From Actinomycetes bacterium (lineage in GTDB: Bacteria > Actinomycetota > Actinomycetes > JACCUZ01), in contig DASTVO010000152.1 of assembly GCA_035759075.1 (NCBI GenBank), positions 1 through 45,076 of the forward strand: a DNA stretch of 45,076 nt. Direction: 5' to 3'. The position numbers and the translations under genes are program-made. Below, piece after piece: positions 8,463-17,755 of the stretch (position 1 is the stretch's first letter; every line of letters starts with the position of its first letter). The notes under the pieces are model-generated. The model saw only the letters and a program-made list of their open reading frames with translations, was not told the origin of the DNA and made no database searches.

Positions 8463-8873
8463 TCAGCCCGCGAGGAAGGACAGGCGCACCTGGCGCACCG
8501 GGTTGTCCCCGTTGAGGTCCACCAGGCACACCGACTGCCAGGTACCCAGCATCATCTGCCCTCCGGCGACCGGCACGCTCGCGTACGGCGGGCACAGGGC
8601 GGGCAGGACGTGGTCCCGGCCGTGCCCGGCGGAGCCGTGCCGGTGCCGCCAGCGGTCGTCCGCGGGCAGCAGCTCGCGCAGGGCGGCGAGCAGGTCGTCG
8701 TCGCTGCCTGCGCCGGTCTCCAGCACGGCCAGCCCCGCCGTGGCGTGCGGCACCCAGACGTGCAGCAACCCGTCCCCGGCCTCGATACCGGCCAGGAACG
8801 TGGCGCACTCCCTGGTCACGTCGCGGACCGTCTCCTGTCCGCCGGTGCGGACCTCGATCACCTGGCTGCGCAT
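8463..8873 (-). CDS. YjbQ/UPF0047 family protein (secondary thiamine-phosphate synthase-like)
   Basis: 136 aa with DVTRECATFL..GLLHVWVPHATAGL and GHGRDHV..GTWQSVCLVDL. Confidence 0.9.
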   Translation of the reverse strand: MRSQVIEVRTGGQETVRDVTRECATFLAGIEAGDGLLHVWVPHATAGLAVLETGAGSDDDLLAALRELLPADDRWRHRHGSAGHGRDHVLPALCPPYASVPVAGGQMMLGTWQSVCLVDLNGDNPVRQVRLSFLAG

Positions 8874-8896
8874 CCGGCCAGTGTGACCGGAGCGGG

Positions 8897-9088
8897 TCAG
8901 CCGGCCTTGGCCGGCTCCACGACCGCGTCGGGCCCGGGGAACACGAGCGTCTCGTGCCCGTCCGGGTGACGGACCACGTAGGGCGGCGTACCGTCCGGCC
9001 CCCGGACCTCGACGATCTCGCCGATGTGCTCGCTGTCCCCCACCGTCCGGCCGTGTACGTGCAGGTGGTCACCGACCGCCGCTTGCAT
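8897..9088 (-). CDS. DUF1918 domain protein
   Basis: 63 aa, MQAAVGDHLHVHGRTVGDSEHIGEIVEVRGPDGTPPYVVRHPDGHETLVFPGPD. This is the typical small SH3-like DUF1918 sequence. Confidence 0.75.
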   Translation of the reverse strand: MQAAVGDHLHVHGRTVGDSEHIGEIVEVRGPDGTPPYVVRHPDGHETLVFPGPDAVVEPAKAG

Positions 9089-9209
9089 GGCTCACCCACT
9101 CCCTCGCACTGCTGGTGTCCTGGTCCCAGCCTCTCCTGAGCGGCGCTCCCAGGGAAGGGTTTGCAGGGGTAAAGATGCGGCGTGATCCCGCAGGTAGCAC
9201 GATGGGGTC

Positions 9210-11957
9210 ATGGCGCACACCTCGGACCGGCCTGACCGGCCGGCGATCATCAGCGACGGCCTGCCGAGCCAGCTCCCCGACATCGACCCGGCGGAGACCG
9301 GCGAGTGGCTCGAGTCCCTGGACGCGGTCGTCGACCACGCGGGACGCAACCGCGCGCGGTTCCTCATGCTGAGCCTGCTGCAGCGGGCGCGTGAGAACCA
9401 GGTGGGCGTGCCGAGCCTGCGCAGCACCGACTACATCAACACGATCCCGTCCGAGAGCGAGCCCTGGTTCCCGGGCGACGAGCACGTCGAGCGACGGATC
9501 CGGGCCTACATCCGGTGGAACGCGGCGATCATGGTCCACCGGGCGCAGCGGCCCGGGGTCGGCGTGGGTGGGCACATCTCCACGTACGCGTCCTCCGCCT
9601 CGTTCTACGAGGTCGGGTTCAACCACTTCTTCCGCGGCAAGGACCACCCCGGCGGCGGCGACCAGATCTTCTACCAGGGACACGCCTCCCCCGGGATGTA
9701 CGCCCGCGCCTTTCTCGAGGGCCGGCTGACCGAGCAGCAGCTCGACGGGTTCCGGCAGGAGCTCTCGCACCCCGGCGGCGGGCTGTCCTCCTACCCGCAC
9801 CCCCGGCTGATGCCGCAGTTCTGGGAGTTCCCGACCGTGTCGATGGGGCTCGGCCCGATCAACGCGATCTACCAGGCCCGGTTCAACCGCTACCTGCACC
9901 ACCGCGGCATCAAGGACACCAGCCAGCAGCGCGTCTGGGCGTTCCTCGGCGACGGCGAGATGGACGAGCCCGAGTCGCTCGGGGCGATCGGGGTCGCCGC
10001 CCGCGAGGAGCTGGACAACCTCACCTTCGTCATCAACTGCAACCTGCAGCGCCTGGACGGCCCGGTCCGCGGCAACGGCAAGGTGATCCAGGAGCTGGAG
10101 TCGTTCTTCCGCGGGGCCGGCTGGAACGTCATCAAGGTGATCTGGGGCCGGGAGTGGGACGACCTGCTGGCCCAGGACACCGACGGCGCGCTGGTCAACC
10201 TGATGAACGTCACGCCGGACGGCGACTACCAGACCTACAAGGCCGAGGACGGCGCCTACGTCCGCGAGCACTTCTTCGGCCGTGACCCGCGGACCCGCAA
10301 GATGGTCGAGCACCTCTCCGACAAGGAGATCTGGTCGCTGTCCCGCGGCGGCCACGACTACCGCAAGATGTACGCCGCCTACGACGCGGCGACCAAGCAC
10401 ACCGGCCAGCCCACCGTCATCCTGGCGAAGACGATCAAGGGCTGGACGCTCGGGTCGCACTTCGAGGGGCGCAACTCGACCCACCAGATGAAGAAGCTGA
10501 AGAAGGAGGACCTGACCGGCTTCCGCGACCGGCTCTACCTCGACATCCCCGACGAGGCGCTGGACGAGACCCTGCCGCCGTACTACCACCCCGGTCCGGA
10601 CTCCGACGAGATCGCCTACATGCACGAGCGCCGCCGCGCGCTCGGCGGCTACCTGCCGGAGCGGCGCACGCCCGCCCAGCCGCTGGTGCTGCCCGGCGAC
10701 CCGGTCTACGACGTCGTGCGCCGCGGGTCGGGCAAGCAGGAGGTCGCCACGACCATGGCCTTCGTCCGGCTGCTCAAGGAGCTGACGAAGGACAAGGAGA
10801 TCGGCTGGCGGCTGGTGCCGATCATCCCGGACGAGGCCCGCACGTTCGGGATGGACTCGCTGTTCCCGACCTTGAAGATCTACTCGCCGCACGGCCAGAA
10901 CTACACCTCGGTCGACCGCGACCTGATGCTGTCCTACAAGGAGGACCCGGGCGGGGTCATCCTGCACGAGGGCATCAACGAGGCCGGCTCGACGGCGTCC
11001 TGGACCGCGGTCGGGTCGTCCTACGCGACGCACGGCGTGCCGATGATCCCGATCTACATCTTCTACTCGATGTTCGGGTTCCAGCGGACCGGCGACGGGT
11101 TCTGGGCCGCCGGCGATCAGATGGCCCGCGGCTTCGTGCTCGGCGCCACGGCCGGCCGGACGACGCTCAACGGCGAGGGCCTGCAGCACGAGGACGGGCA
11201 CTCACCGCTGCTCGCGTCGACGAACCCGGCCGCGGTGTCCTACGACCCCGCGTACGCGTTCGAGCTCGGTCACATCGTCAAGGACGCGCTGCGCCGGATG
11301 TACGGAGAGTCCCCGGAGGACATCTTCTACTACCTGACGGTCTACAACGAGCCGTACGTCCAGCCCAAGGAGCCCGACGACGTCGACGCGGAAGGCATCG
11401 TGCGCGGCATCTATCGCCTCGCGTCGGCGCCCGCGGGCGACGGCCCCAAGGCGCAGGTGCTCGCCTCCGGCGTCGCGGTGCCGTGGGCCCTCGAGGCCCA
11501 GCGCCTGCTGCACGAGGACTGGAACGTCCAGGCCGACGTCTGGTCCGTGACCTCCTGGAGCGAGCTGCGCCGCGACGGGCTGGAGAGCGACGAGCACAAC
11601 TTCATGAACCCCGACGGCGAGCAGCGGGTGGCCTACGTCACCCGCAAGCTCGACGGCGCCGCCGGGCCGTTCGTCGCGGTCTCCGACTACATGCGTGCCG
11701 TCCCCGACCAGATCCTGCCCTGGGTACCGGGCGACTTCGCCTCGCTCGGCACCGACGGCTGGGGTCTCTCCGACACCCGGTCCGCCCTGCGCCGCCACTT
11801 CAAGATCGACCCGTGGTGCATCACCGCGCGGACTCTCGCGGCGCTGGCCAAGCGCGGCGAGGTCAAGCCGGAGACGGCTCGGGAGGCCCTGGAACGCTAT
11901 CGGCTCTGGGACGTCACCGCCCCGCCCGCCGGGGAGACCGCGGGTGGCGCCGAGTAG
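9210..11957 (+). CDS. aceE: Pyruvate dehydrogenase E1 component, homodimeric type
   Basis: 915 aa. It has the AceE N-terminus ([16 protein letters not shown]), the ThDP-binding region ([17 protein letters not shown]) and a full-length transketolase-like C-terminal part. Confidence 0.97.
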   Translation: MAHTSDRPDRPAIISDGLPSQLPDIDPAETGEWLESLDAVVDHAGRNRARFLMLSLLQRARENQVGVPSLRSTDYINTIPSESEPWFPGDEHVERRIRAYIRWNAAIMVHRAQRPGVGVGGHISTYASSASFYEVGFNHFFRGKDHPGGGDQIFYQGHASPGMYARAFLEGRLTEQQLDGFRQELSHPGGGLSSYPHPRLMPQFWEFPTVSMGLGPINAIYQARFNRYLHHRGIKDTSQQRVWAFLGDGEMDEPESLGAIGVAAREELDNLTFVINCNLQRLDGPVRGNGKVIQELESFFRGAGWNVIKVIWGREWDDLLAQDTDGALVNLMNVTPDGDYQTYKAEDGAYVREHFFGRDPRTRKMVEHLSDKEIWSLSRGGHDYRKMYAAYDAATKHTGQPTVILAKTIKGWTLGSHFEGRNSTHQMKKLKKEDLTGFRDRLYLDIPDEALDETLPPYYHPGPDSDEIAYMHERRRALGGYLPERRTPAQPLVLPGDPVYDVVRRGSGKQEVATTMAFVRLLKELTKDKEIGWRLVPIIPDEARTFGMDSLFPTLKIYSPHGQNYTSVDRDLMLSYKEDPGGVILHEGINEAGSTASWTAVGSSYATHGVPMIPIYIFYSMFGFQRTGDGFWAAGDQMARGFVLGATAGRTTLNGEGLQHEDGHSPLLASTNPAAVSYDPAYAFELGHIVKDALRRMYGESPEDIFYYLTVYNEPYVQPKEPDDVDAEGIVRGIYRLASAPAGDGPKAQVLASGVAVPWALEAQRLLHEDWNVQADVWSVTSWSELRRDGLESDEHNFMNPDGEQRVAYVTRKLDGAAGPFVAVSDYMRAVPDQILPWVPGDFASLGTDGWGLSDTRSALRRHFKIDPWCITARTLAALAKRGEVKPETAREALERYRLWDVTAPPAGETAGGAE

Positions 11958-11994
11958 GGCGACGTTGTCGGTGTGACGCCTTAGCCTGCGCGGC

Positions 11995-12417
11995 ATGACC
12001 GACTCGACGACACCGAAGCCCCGGCTCGACCTGGTCGTCCTCGACTGCCCGGACGCCCTGGCGCTCGCACGGTTCTACGGCGACGTCCTCGGGTGGGACC
12101 TCGAGGACGGCTCCGACCGCGACTGGGCGACCCTCGTCCCGCCCGGCGGTGGCCTGACCCCGGACAACCCGGACGGGCGTGCCACCCTGGCCTTCCAGCG
12201 GATCGACGACTTCGTCGCCCCGACCTGGCCGGGCGGGGAGCATCCCCAGCAGTTCCACCTCGACCTGTGGGCCGGCGACATCGACGCCAGCGAGCCGGCG
12301 GTGCTCGCGGCCGGCGCTTCGCGACACGAGCACCAGCCCTCGGAGAGCGGCAGCTTCCGCGTCTACACCGACCCGGCAGGTCACCCGTTCTGCCTCATCG
12401 GCCGCCCCGGCGGATGA
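11995..12417 (+). CDS. VOC/glyoxalase-like domain protein
   Basis: 140 aa with LDLVVLDCPDALALARFYGDVLGW.. and ..FRVYTDPAGHPFCL, the typical pattern of a glyoxalase-like domain. Confidence 0.8.
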   Translation: MTDSTTPKPRLDLVVLDCPDALALARFYGDVLGWDLEDGSDRDWATLVPPGGGLTPDNPDGRATLAFQRIDDFVAPTWPGGEHPQQFHLDLWAGDIDASEPAVLAAGASRHEHQPSESGSFRVYTDPAGHPFCLIGRPGG

Positions 12418-12450
12418 TTGCCCGCCCGGCCGGAGGGAAAGGCGCCCGGC

Positions 12451-13401
12451 ATGCGCATCGGATACTTCCTGTCCACCGAGGAGCACGGGCCTCATGCCCT
12501 GGTCGAGCAGGCGCGGCTGGCCGAGCAGGCAGGCTTCGAGGCGCTCTGGATCAGCGACCACTTCCATCCGTGGAACGACGAGCAGGGGCAGAGCCCGTTC
12601 GTCTGGGGAGTCATCGGCGCGATCTCGGCAGTCTGCCGCCTGCCGGTGACGACGGCCGTCACGTGCCCGACCGTCCGCCTGCACCCCGCGATCGTGGCCC
12701 AGGCGGCAGCCACCGCCGCGGTCCAGCTCGAGGGCCGCTTCGTCCTCGGCGTCGGCACCGGCGAGGCCCTCAACGAGCACGTCCTGGGCGACCGCTGGCC
12801 CAGCGAGGGCGTCCGGCTGGAGATGCTCGAGGAAGCAGTCGGCGTCATGCGCGAGCTGTGGAAGGGTGACTTCACCTACCACCACGGCCGGCACTACACC
12901 GTGGAGAACGCCCGGCTCTACACGGTCCCGGACGAGCCGCCGCCGGTGTACGTCTCGGCCTTCGGCCCGCACTCCTTCGACCTCGCCCGGCGCATCGGTG
13001 ACGGCTTCATCACCACCTCGCCCGACGCCGAGCGGGTCCGGGAGTGGCACGCCGCGGTGGGCCGGGACAAGCCGACCCAGGCCGGCTACAAGGTGTGCGT
13101 CGCCGACACCGAGGACGAGGGCGTGGCGATCGCGCACCGCCTGTGGCGCAACAGCGGGCTGCCCGGCGAGCTCTCCCAGGTGCTGCCCTCCCCGAAGCAC
13201 TTCGAGCAGGCCAGCGAGCTGGTGACCCCGGAGATGACCAGGGAGGCGACGACCTGCGGGCGGGACGTCGACCGCCACGTCGAGACCTTCCAGACGTACG
13301 CGGAGGCAGGCTTCGACGAGGTCTACGTGTCCAACATGGGCCCGCACTACCGACAGTTCTTCGACCTCTACCGCGACGAGGTGCTGCCCCGGCTGCGCTG
13401 A
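12451..13401 (+). CDS. LLM-class F420-dependent oxidoreductase (paralogue of 7-1032)
   Basis: ATG 12451 is preceded by GGAGGGAAAGG. Motifs are SDHFHPW, CPTVRLHPAIVAQA and LGVGTGEALNEH. Confidence 0.85.
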   Translation: MRIGYFLSTEEHGPHALVEQARLAEQAGFEALWISDHFHPWNDEQGQSPFVWGVIGAISAVCRLPVTTAVTCPTVRLHPAIVAQAAATAAVQLEGRFVLGVGTGEALNEHVLGDRWPSEGVRLEMLEEAVGVMRELWKGDFTYHHGRHYTVENARLYTVPDEPPPVYVSAFGPHSFDLARRIGDGFITTSPDAERVREWHAAVGRDKPTQAGYKVCVADTEDEGVAIAHRLWRNSGLPGELSQVLPSPKHFEQASELVTPEMTREATTCGRDVDRHVETFQTYAEAGFDEVYVSNMGPHYRQFFDLYRDEVLPRLR

Positions 13402-13413
13402 GCGCACCGCCCG

Positions 13414-14181
13414 TCAGGCCAGGTGGGCGTGCATCTCCCACGCGAGCAGCTCGGCGCCCTCCGGGCCGGCCGTGACCCGTCGACCGCCGTCAGCGGTGAT
13501 CCGGGCCGCGTCCCCGGTCGCGAGCGGGCCGGCGCCCTCGAGGTCGACCGAGCCGAGCGCGACGAACGCGTGCACGAACGGCGCGTCCGGCAGGGCCACG
13601 GACTGGCCCGGACCGAGCCGCGCGGCGTAGAGCGCGGCGTGCTTCTGCGCGATCGAGATCGCCGCCGCGTCGCGGTGCTCGGGACGGCCGGAGGCGACCG
13701 GCACCAGCCCGCCGCGCAGCAGCTCGTCGGAGATCTCGAGCTGCTCGTACCCGGGCCGGATCCCGGCCTCGTCGGGCGCCACCCACATCTGCACGAAGTG
13801 CACCTGCTCCGTGTGCTCGGGGTCGCCGGTCAGCCGCCAGCTGTCGTTCTTCTCCGAGTGCAGGATGCCGGTGCCGGCGCTCATCCGCTGCGCGAGGCCG
13901 GGGTAGATCAGGCCGTTGTGGCCCTGCGAGTCCTGGTGCACCAGCTGCCCGCGCAGCACCCACGTGACGATCTCCATGTCGCGGTGGGGGTGTGTCTCGA
14001 ACCCGGTCCCCGGTGCGACGACGTCGTCGTTGTTGACCAGGAGCAGGCCGAAGTGGGTGTTGTCGGGGTCGTAGTGCCGCCCGAACGAGAACGAGTGCTT
14101 GGAGTCCAGCCAGCCGAAGCGGCTCGCCGCGCGGTCCTCCGCGCGGCGCACGTCGACACCGGGAACCACCATCTGGGACAT
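13414..14181 (-). CDS. Pirin family protein
   Basis: The C-terminal 255 aa of the 633-aa ORF read RFGWLDSKHSFSFGRHYDPDN..FETHPHRDMEIVTWVL..GILHSEKN. Start is ATG 14181, or alternatively 14172. Confidence 0.9.
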   Translation of the reverse strand: MSQMVVPGVDVRRAEDRAASRFGWLDSKHSFSFGRHYDPDNTHFGLLLVNNDDVVAPGTGFETHPHRDMEIVTWVLRGQLVHQDSQGHNGLIYPGLAQRMSAGTGILHSEKNDSWRLTGDPEHTEQVHFVQMWVAPDEAGIRPGYEQLEISDELLRGGLVPVASGRPEHRDAAAISIAQKHAALYAARLGPGQSVALPDAPFVHAFVALGSVDLEGAGPLATGDAARITADGGRRVTAGPEGAELLAWEMHAHLA

Positions 14182-14216
14182 GCGCGGCACAACCACGCCG
14201 GGACGGCGGGGATTCC

Positions 14217-15248
14217 TCAGCCGTGCCGCCCCGCCCAGGCGAGCAGGTCGCCCACGCTGCGGGTGTTCACCACGCGGCCCGCCGGGACCTCGCACTCCTC
14301 GGCCCGCTCGCAGCCGTAGGGCTGCCAGTCGAGCTGGCCGGGTGCGTGCGCGTCGGTGTCGACGGCGAACACGCAGCCGGTCTCCACCGCGAGCCGCAGC
14401 AGCCGCCGCGGCGGGTCCAGCCGCTCCGGCCGTGAGTTGATCTCGACGGCCACCCCGAACCGCTCGCAGGCGGCGAACACCAGCTCGGCGTCGAACTGCG
14501 ACTCGCCGCGCGTGCCGCGACCGCCCGTGACCAGGCGCCCGGTGCAGTGCCCGAGGACGTCGGTGTGCGGGTTGGCGACCGCCGTCACCATCCGCTTGGT
14601 CATCGCCTCGCTGTCCATCTTCAGCTTGGAGTGCACCGACGCGACCACCACGTCCAGCCGGGCCAGCAGCGCCTCGTCCTGGTCCAGCGAGCCGTCGTCG
14701 AGGATGTCGACCTCGATCCCGGTCAGCAGGCGGAACGGCGCGAGCCGCTCGTTGACCTCGGCCACGACGTCGAGCTGGCGGCGCAGCCGGTCCGCGGAGA
14801 GGCCGTTGGCCACGGTCAGCCGCGGCGAGTGGTCGGTCAGCACCAGGTAGTCGTGACCGAGGTCCCGCGCGGTGCGCGCCATCTCCTCGATGGGGCTGCC
14901 GCCGTCGGACCAGTCGGAGTGCGAGTGCAGGTCGCCGCGCAGGGCGGCACGCAGCGACGCGCCGCCGGCCGCGACGGGACCGTCGGCGGCCGCCTCGAGC
15001 GCAGCCAGGTAGTCGGGCAGCTGCCCCGCGTACGCCTGCTGGGCGACGGCCGCCGTCTTGGCCCCCACGCCCTTGAGCTCGGTCAGGGTGCCGGCCCGCA
15101 GCCGCTCCTCCAGCTCGCCCTCGGGCAGCGCGGCCAGCGTGTCCGCGGCGCCGCGGTAGGCCCGGACCCGGTAGGTCTCCTCGCGGGAGCGCTCCAGCAG
15201 GAAACCGATGCGGCGCAGGGCGTCGACGGGGTGCACGGGCAGCTCCAC
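14217..15248 (-). CDS. PHP-domain phosphoesterase with N-terminal helix-hairpin-helix region (PolX C-terminal-like)
   Basis: 343 aa with a GTG start. The sequence DLHSHSDWSDG..LVLTDHSP..ASVHS..LGHCTGR..DTDAHAPGQL matches the metal-ligand pattern of the PHP fold. Confidence 0.85.
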   Translation of the reverse strand: MELPVHPVDALRRIGFLLERSREETYRVRAYRGAADTLAALPEGELEERLRAGTLTELKGVGAKTAAVAQQAYAGQLPDYLAALEAAADGPVAAGGASLRAALRGDLHSHSDWSDGGSPIEEMARTARDLGHDYLVLTDHSPRLTVANGLSADRLRRQLDVVAEVNERLAPFRLLTGIEVDILDDGSLDQDEALLARLDVVVASVHSKLKMDSEAMTKRMVTAVANPHTDVLGHCTGRLVTGGRGTRGESQFDAELVFAACERFGVAVEINSRPERLDPPRRLLRLAVETGCVFAVDTDAHAPGQLDWQPYGCERAEECEVPAGRVVNTRSVGDLLAWAGRHG

Positions 15249-15328
15249 CCCGGTGACGGTAGACGACGCGCCGGCCGGTGATCAGCCGGAAGGATCTGTT
15301 GTAGCGCTGCCACAACTACCCTGACGCC

Positions 15329-16495
15329 ATGCCCCGGAGATCACCGGCGACCGTGCGCCGCCTGGAGGCGGCGATGGGGGCGCTCGCGACCGCGGCGACG
15401 GCGCGGATGGACGAGGTGCTGCCGTGGTACCGCGCGATGCCGGCGGAGAACCGGTCGTGGGTGAACCTGGTCGCCCAGGCGGGTGTGGCCGCGTTCGTCG
15501 AGTGGTTCCGGCAACCCGAGACGCCGCAGGCGATCAGCGCGGACGTGTTCGGCACCGCCCCGCGCGAGCTGACCAGGTCGGTGACGCTGCAGCAGACCGT
15601 CGAGCTGGTCCGGGTCGTGATCGCCGTCGTCGAGGAGCAGATCGAGCAGATCGCCCCGGGCGACGAGGCCGAGGTCCGGGAGGCAGTCCTGCGCTACTCG
15701 CGGGAGATCGCCTTCGCCGCCGCCCAGGTCTACGCCGAGGCGGCCGAGGCACGGGGCGCCTGGGACGCGCGGCTGGAGTCGCTGGTGGTGGACGCGCTGC
15801 TGCGCGGCGAGGCCGACGACTCGCTGCGCTCGCGGGCGGCGGCGCTGGGGTGGGGCTCGCACGACTCCGCCGTCGTCGTGGTCGGGAACGCCCCGGACGC
15901 CGAGCCCGAGGCGGTGGTGGACGACATCCGGCGCGCGGCGCGGGCGCACCACCTGGACGTCCTGACCGGTGTGCAGGGCGACCGGCTGGTGGCGATCCTG
16001 GGCGGGTCCACGGAGCCGGTCCGGGCGACCCGCAACCTGGTGGCGCAGTTCGGCCCCGGACCCGTGGTCGTCGGCCCGACGGTGCCCGACCTGCTGGCGG
16101 CCGGCCAGAGCGCGGCAGCGGCGGTCGCCGGGCTGATGGCGGCCCCGGCCTGGCCGGATGCGCCGCGGCCGGTCCCGGCGGACGACCTGCTGCCCGAGCG
16201 CGCGCTCGCCGGCGACGACCTGGCCCGCCAGCAGCTGGTGCTCGAGGTGTACCGCCCGCTGCAGTCCACCGGCACCGCGCTGGTCGAGACGCTGTCCGCC
16301 TTCCTCGAGCAGACCTCCAGCCTGGAGGCGACCGCGCGGGTGCTCTTCGTGCACCCGAACACCGTGCGCTACCGGCTGCGCCGGGTCACCGAGATCACCG
16401 GGTACGCGCCGGCCGACCCCCGCCACGCGCTGACCCTCCGGCTGGCGCTGGCGCTGGGTCGGCTCGCCGACGCGCGGCCCGACACCGTTTTGTAG
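15329..16495 (+). CDS. PucR-family transcriptional regulator, FasR/MabR-like
   Basis: 388 aa with a C-terminal PucR HTH (LFVHPNTVRYRLRRVTEITG). It lies immediately upstream of fabD, as do Rv2242 (MabR) and Streptomyces FasR, from memory. Confidence 0.85.
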   Translation: MPRRSPATVRRLEAAMGALATAATARMDEVLPWYRAMPAENRSWVNLVAQAGVAAFVEWFRQPETPQAISADVFGTAPRELTRSVTLQQTVELVRVVIAVVEEQIEQIAPGDEAEVREAVLRYSREIAFAAAQVYAEAAEARGAWDARLESLVVDALLRGEADDSLRSRAAALGWGSHDSAVVVVGNAPDAEPEAVVDDIRRAARAHHLDVLTGVQGDRLVAILGGSTEPVRATRNLVAQFGPGPVVVGPTVPDLLAAGQSAAAAVAGLMAAPAWPDAPRPVPADDLLPERALAGDDLARQQLVLEVYRPLQSTGTALVETLSAFLEQTSSLEATARVLFVHPNTVRYRLRRVTEITGYAPADPRHALTLRLALALGRLADARPDTVL

Positions 16496-16508
16496 ACTTC
16501 TGACAACT
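16488..16508 (+). promoter_or_regulatory. Candidate FasR/MabR operator (TTTTGT-N9-ACAACT)
   Basis: An imperfect inverted repeat overlaps the regulator's stop codon, 66 nt upstream of the fabD GTG. It resembles the TTTTGT-N9-ACAAAA palindrome that I recall for mycobacterial fasII promoters. Confidence 0.35.
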
Positions 16509-16573
16509 CGTCCGGGCGAGTTTCGTCCGAGTCCGCACCCCCCGCGGACGGGCGGGTCCGAAAGGGTGGGCAC

Positions 16574-17755
16574 GTGCTGGTCATCGTCGCTCCCGGTCAA
16601 GGCGCCCAGGCGCCCGGTTTCCTCGCGCCCTGGCTCGAGCTGCCGCACTTCGAGGACCGGCTGCGCTGGCTCTCGGCCTGCGCGGGCCTGGACCTCGTGC
16701 ACTACGGCACCGAGGCCGACGCGGACACGATCCGGGACACCGCGATCGCCCAGCCGCTGCTGGTCGCCGCGGGCCTGGTGTCGGCGCTGGAGATCTTCCC
16801 GCACCCCTCCGACGCCTTCCACTCCGTCGGCGCCACCGCCGGCCACAGCGTCGGCGAGATCACCGCTGCCGCCGGCACCGGCGTCATCTCCGCCGAGCAG
16901 GCCATGGTGCTGGTCCGTGAGCGCGGCCGGGCGATGGCCGACGCGGCGGCACTCAAGCCGACCGGCATGACCGCGGTCCTCGGTGGCGACCCCGAGGAGG
17001 TGGCCGCCGCGCTGGAGCGGCACGGCCTGACCGCGGCCAACGCGAACGGCGCCGGCCAAGTGGTCGCGGCCGGGACCATGGAGCAGCTCGCCGCCCTCGC
17101 CGACGACGCGCCGGCCAAGGCCCGGCTGATCCCGCTGTCGGTGGCCGGGGCGTTCCACACCGAGCACATGGCCCCCGCCGTCGACACCCTCGCCCGCTAC
17201 GCCCGGGCGGTCAGCGTCCACGACCCGCGGACCCGGCTGATCTCCAACCGCGACGGCGCGGTGGTCGCCGACGGCCGCGACGTGCTCGCGCGCATCGTCA
17301 GCCAGGTGAGCAACCCGGTGCGCTGGGACCTGTGCATGCGCACGATGGGCGAGCTCGGGGTCACCGGCGTGATCGAGGTGCCGCCGGCGGGCACGCTCAC
17401 GAACCTGGTCAAGCGGTCGCTGCCCGGTGTCGAGACCGTCGCGCTCAAGACGCCCGACGACCTCGACAAGGCGCGCGACCTGGTGGCCCGGCACGGTGTC
17501 GAGGCCCCGCAGGACGACTCCCCGACGTGGCGGATGCTGGTCTCCCCCGCCAAGGGCACCATCCGGATCGTGGACCTCCCGGTCGGGACCCTGGTCGACC
17601 CCGGGACCGCCGTCGGCACGCTGGTGAGCCTGCGGGACGAGTTCCCGGTCGTGGCGCCCTACGGCGGCACGGTCGTCGAGTGGCTGGTCGAGGACGGCGA
17701 CCCGGTTTCGCCCGGGCAGCCGCTGGTACGTCTTCACCCGGAGGCGGTGCACTGA
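16574..17755 (+). CDS. fabD: Malonyl-CoA:ACP transacylase with C-terminal biotinyl/lipoyl-like domain
   Basis: 393 aa. The N-terminal roughly 305 aa have the FabD motifs (APGQGAQ, GHSVGE, RGRAM, GAFHT). Residues about 319-389 resemble a BCCP-type hybrid barrel but lack the conserved Lys. Confidence 0.92.
   Translation: MLVIVAPGQGAQAPGFLAPWLELPHFEDRLRWLSACAGLDLVHYGTEADADTIRDTAIAQPLLVAAGLVSALEIFPHPSDAFHSVGATAGHSVGEITAAAGTGVISAEQAMVLVRERGRAMADAAALKPTGMTAVLGGDPEEVAAALERHGLTAANANGAGQVVAAGTMEQLAALADDAPAKARLIPLSVAGAFHTEHMAPAVDTLARYARAVSVHDPRTRLISNRDGAVVADGRDVLARIVSQVSNPVRWDLCMRTMGELGVTGVIEVPPAGTLTNLVKRSLPGVETVALKTPDDLDKARDLVARHGVEAPQDDSPTWRMLVSPAKGTIRIVDLPVGTLVDPGTAVGTLVSLRDEFPVVAPYGGTVVEWLVEDGDPVSPGQPLVRLHPEAVH

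Noticed and set aside
9069-11201. Very long antisense ORFs opposite well-recognised genes. Examples are 710 aa opposite aceE, 803 aa at 15341-17752 opposite fasR/fabD, 688 aa at 31290-33356 opposite the cyclase gene, 983 aa at 39794-42745 opposite dnaG and 611 aa at 42294-44129.
   Set aside because: Their translations are Arg/Pro/Gly/Ala-rich with no recognisable motif, and each lies opposite a gene with clear family signatures. Long stop-free antisense frames are expected in DNA this GC-rich.
13414-15315. The 633-aa ORF suggests a large pirin fusion protein.
   Set aside because: Only the last 255 aa are pirin-like. The upstream part is an Arg-rich frame overlapping the clearly coding PHP-domain gene (14217-15248).
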